Source of the DNA: an uncultured delta proteobacterium
GTDB taxonomy: Bacteria > Myxococcota_A > Polyangia > Palsa-1104
Assembly (NCBI GenBank): GCA_963785725.1
Contig: CAWAWS010000007.1
Coordinates: 448,001-512,000, forward strand
Direction of reading: 5' to 3'
Length of the DNA: 64,000 nt
Below are positions 61,892 to 64,000 of the stretch, in pieces; the first letter of the stretch is position 1; the number at the start of each line of letters is the position of its first letter. Position numbers and translations under genes: made by a program. A model generated the notes under the pieces. That model searched no databases and had not been told where the DNA came from. It saw nothing but the letters and a program-made list of their open reading frames with translations.

Positions 61892-62893
61892 ATGCGCGCG
61901 TCTCGACTGCTCCTTTTCGTCGCCTTCACTGCCTCGGCTTGCCACCGCAGCTCGGGCACGGGCGCGGCGAAAGAGGATCTTTCGCTGGTGCCTAAAGAGG
62001 CCGACATCATCCTCATGGCCAACGTGTCGCGCGTGCGCAACACGGCCATGTGGCGCAAAGTGCTGGAAGTTCGCGACGGCGACGCGCAGCAGAAGAAGGA
62101 CTACGCCGACTTCGTCGCCAAGTGCCAGCTCGATCCGTTCACGCAGATCGACTCCGTCTTCGTCGCGTTCCCGCAAGGTCGCGAGCAGAAGGAGTTCGCG
62201 GCCATTCTGCGCGGCACGTTCAACGAGGCCAAGCTGGTCGACTGCGCGCGCGAGCAGGCCAAGAAGGACGGCCGCGACGTCACGATCAGCGAATACGGCG
62301 GCAAGAAGCTCTACACCGACACGCAGAAGGGCGAGGCGTTCGCCACGTTCCTCGACAACAAGACGGCGGTCGTCGGCGGCAAAGAGTGGATCAAGAAGGT
62401 CGTCGATCTGGCCGCCGGCAAGGGCGAGAGCGCGAAGCAGAACCTCGAGCTGGCCGCGCTGCTGAAGCGCTCGAAGACGTCGGACGCCTTGTGGGGCGCC
62501 GGTGTCGTGCCGCAGTCGACGCGCGACAGCTTCAAGAACGATCCGCGCCTGTCGTCGGCGGGCTCGATGAAGGACATCTTCGGCAACGTCGACTTCGCGG
62601 GCGGCGTCTCGGCGGACCTCAACGTCGACACCGGCAGCGAAGCGGACGCGAAGGATCTGTCGGAGAAGGCCACGGCGCAGGTCGCGGACATTCGCAAGAG
62701 CCCGCAGTTCATGGTGATGGGCCTGGCGCAGTACCTCGACGGCGTGAAGATCGACAACAAGGGCGCGATGTTCCACCTGGCGCTCAACTATAATCAGCAG
62801 CAGGTCGAAGATCTGACGAACCGGATCAAAGGCCTGCTCAAGAGCTTTGGCGGCGCAATGGGTGGAGTGCCCGCGCCGTCTGCAACTCCGTAA
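61892..62893 (+). CDS. Hypothetical lipoprotein
   Basis: Lipobox ASAC; strong host codon bias. Confidence 0.75.
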   Translation: MRASRLLLFVAFTASACHRSSGTGAAKEDLSLVPKEADIILMANVSRVRNTAMWRKVLEVRDGDAQQKKDYADFVAKCQLDPFTQIDSVFVAFPQGREQKEFAAILRGTFNEAKLVDCAREQAKKDGRDVTISEYGGKKLYTDTQKGEAFATFLDNKTAVVGGKEWIKKVVDLAAGKGESAKQNLELAALLKRSKTSDALWGAGVVPQSTRDSFKNDPRLSSAGSMKDIFGNVDFAGGVSADLNVDTGSEADAKDLSEKATAQVADIRKSPQFMVMGLAQYLDGVKIDNKGAMFHLALNYNQQQVEDLTNRIKGLLKSFGGAMGGVPAPSATP

Positions 62894-62938
62894 AGTTCCC
62901 CCGTAGCCACCGTAGAAGAAAAGTAGGAGCGAACGACC

Positions 62939-63295
62939 ATGGCCACGAAGAAATCACCTCTCGCCCGGCAGAAGGACGAGCACGAGAGCAAGGAGAAGCT
63001 GGTCGACCGCGTGATCTCCGTGCTGGGATCGATCGCGAAGTCGGACGAGGAGCAGGACACCTTGAAGGCGCGCTTGTTGGCGGCGTCGAACAAGAAGTTG
63101 CTGCGGCTCCACGACGTTGGCGCGGAGATCAAGTCGAAGTACGGCTCGATCGAGAAGCTGGCGGAGCAGCTGGGCACGTCGCTGGGCCGCGCGAAGGATG
63201 CGCCGTTCGTGACGAAGCTGAAGACGTACTCGCCGGCGCGCCTGCTCGACCTGGTGAAGACCGCCGAGAAGCGCGCCAAGACGAAGGCCGCGTAA
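62939..63295 (+). CDS. Small basic hypothetical protein
   Basis: AGGAG RBS, strong codon bias, helical with internal KEKLV/IEKLA duplication. Confidence 0.8.
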   Translation: MATKKSPLARQKDEHESKEKLVDRVISVLGSIAKSDEEQDTLKARLLAASNKKLLRLHDVGAEIKSKYGSIEKLAEQLGTSLGRAKDAPFVTKLKTYSPARLLDLVKTAEKRAKTKAA

Positions 63296-63398
63296 CCTTC
63301 CGAACTGCGTTTGTCGCGACCGCTCGGCTGGTACGGCGGGCGGCGCGAAGGCTCGTTCAACCCACATTCGAATGTAAACGCCGGCTGATTCAGCCGAC

Positions 63399-63499
63399 GT
63401 GACGGCCGTTCGCGGATGCCGTGACGGCTGTTGTGGCCGGGCGGACAGCCTGTGACGGCTGTTGTGGCCGTGCGGACAGCCTGTGACGGCTGTTCGCGG
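63399..63499. repeat. Tandem 31-bp hairpin repeats with shorter flanking variants
   Basis: GTGACGGCTGTTGTGGCCG(G/T)GCGGACAGCCT at 63421 and 63452; GTGACGGC(C/T)GTTCGCGG at 63399 and 63483. Confidence 0.85.
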
Positions 63500-63854
63500 G
63501 TCCCGGTGACGTGCCCGGGCCTGCCCGGATAGCCGGGACGCTGTTCGCGACGACTCGGTGCCGGCTTGCGTCGCGACTCGATCGGCGCTGGTGCGCGTAG
63601 GTTTGCGGGCGGCTTCGCCGCGGCGGGCGCGCGGTGCGCGCGCGCGGCGAAGCTCCGTCGAGCCTGCCATCGGCGGATCGAGCAACAGTATTCGAGGTTT
63701 ATAGCGGGCTTAGTCTCGCAGTGCCGACGTTCGCCCCCAAGTCCAAGCGCGACCGACGTTTATGCCGGCAGTGCGACGAGCGTCCGCTGCGGCTCGGACG
63801 CGGCCTGCTAGACTGCGACGGAATATGGCTGCGACGCCGTCGGTTAAGCCTCCC

Positions 63855-64000
63855 GTGAGCCCATCGCCTTCACCAAGCGAGCGCTGGGCGCCGCACAAGC
63901 TCGCCGCGGAGTCGCTCGCGGCGCCGACCGCGCCGCCGAGCGCGCATGCCGATCGCGTGGTCTACGGCTTCATGCAGCCGCTGTTGGGCGCGCGGCTGCT
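63855..64000 (+). CDS. Partial CDS running off the window (possibly a membrane protein)
   Basis: GTG-start frame open to the window end (..DRVVYGFMQPLLGARL). Confidence 0.45.
   Translation, partial: MSPSPSPSERWAPHKLAAESLAAPTAPPSAHADRVVYGFMQPLLGARL

Noticed and set aside
63399..63499. 31-bp repeats as a CRISPR array
   Set aside because: The units are directly adjacent and nearly identical, with no unique spacers.
63721..63858. 45-codon ORF with CxxC (VPTFAPKSKR..CRQC)
   Set aside because: No clear RBS, weak codon bias and no second Cys pair; cannot be supported.

Overview
High-GC bacterial chromosomal window, densely coding. MYXO-CTERM, Myxococcus-type PilZ, PEGA and sigma54-activator genes point to Myxococcota; this is inferred from gene content, not a database result. 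It holds a Bat (vWA/TPR) operon end, rlmI, two ArsA/Get3-like ATPases, mfd, two parvulin foldases, isolated type III secretion sctL/sctN genes, rsmD-coaD-aminotransferase, a class I aldolase, a CDF transporter, rimK, yacG, an ArnT/GT2/deacetylase envelope-modification cluster, sodC, mutM and rnhA. Six genes carry small indels that look like assembly errors. No rRNA, tRNA, CRISPR array, integrase or transposase was seen. The main unexplained signals are non-coding: (1) dispersed AT-rich arrays in exact 21-bp register built on a TTGTGC-N4-GCA(C/T)AA palindrome at four loci, two of which run into predicted gene starts; (2) a ~220-nt nested inverted-repeat element, a candidate structured RNA, right after a small orphan gene; (3) a 161-bp MITE-like element and a second dispersed ~90-bp element. 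All product calls come from recognising motifs by eye; no searches were run.
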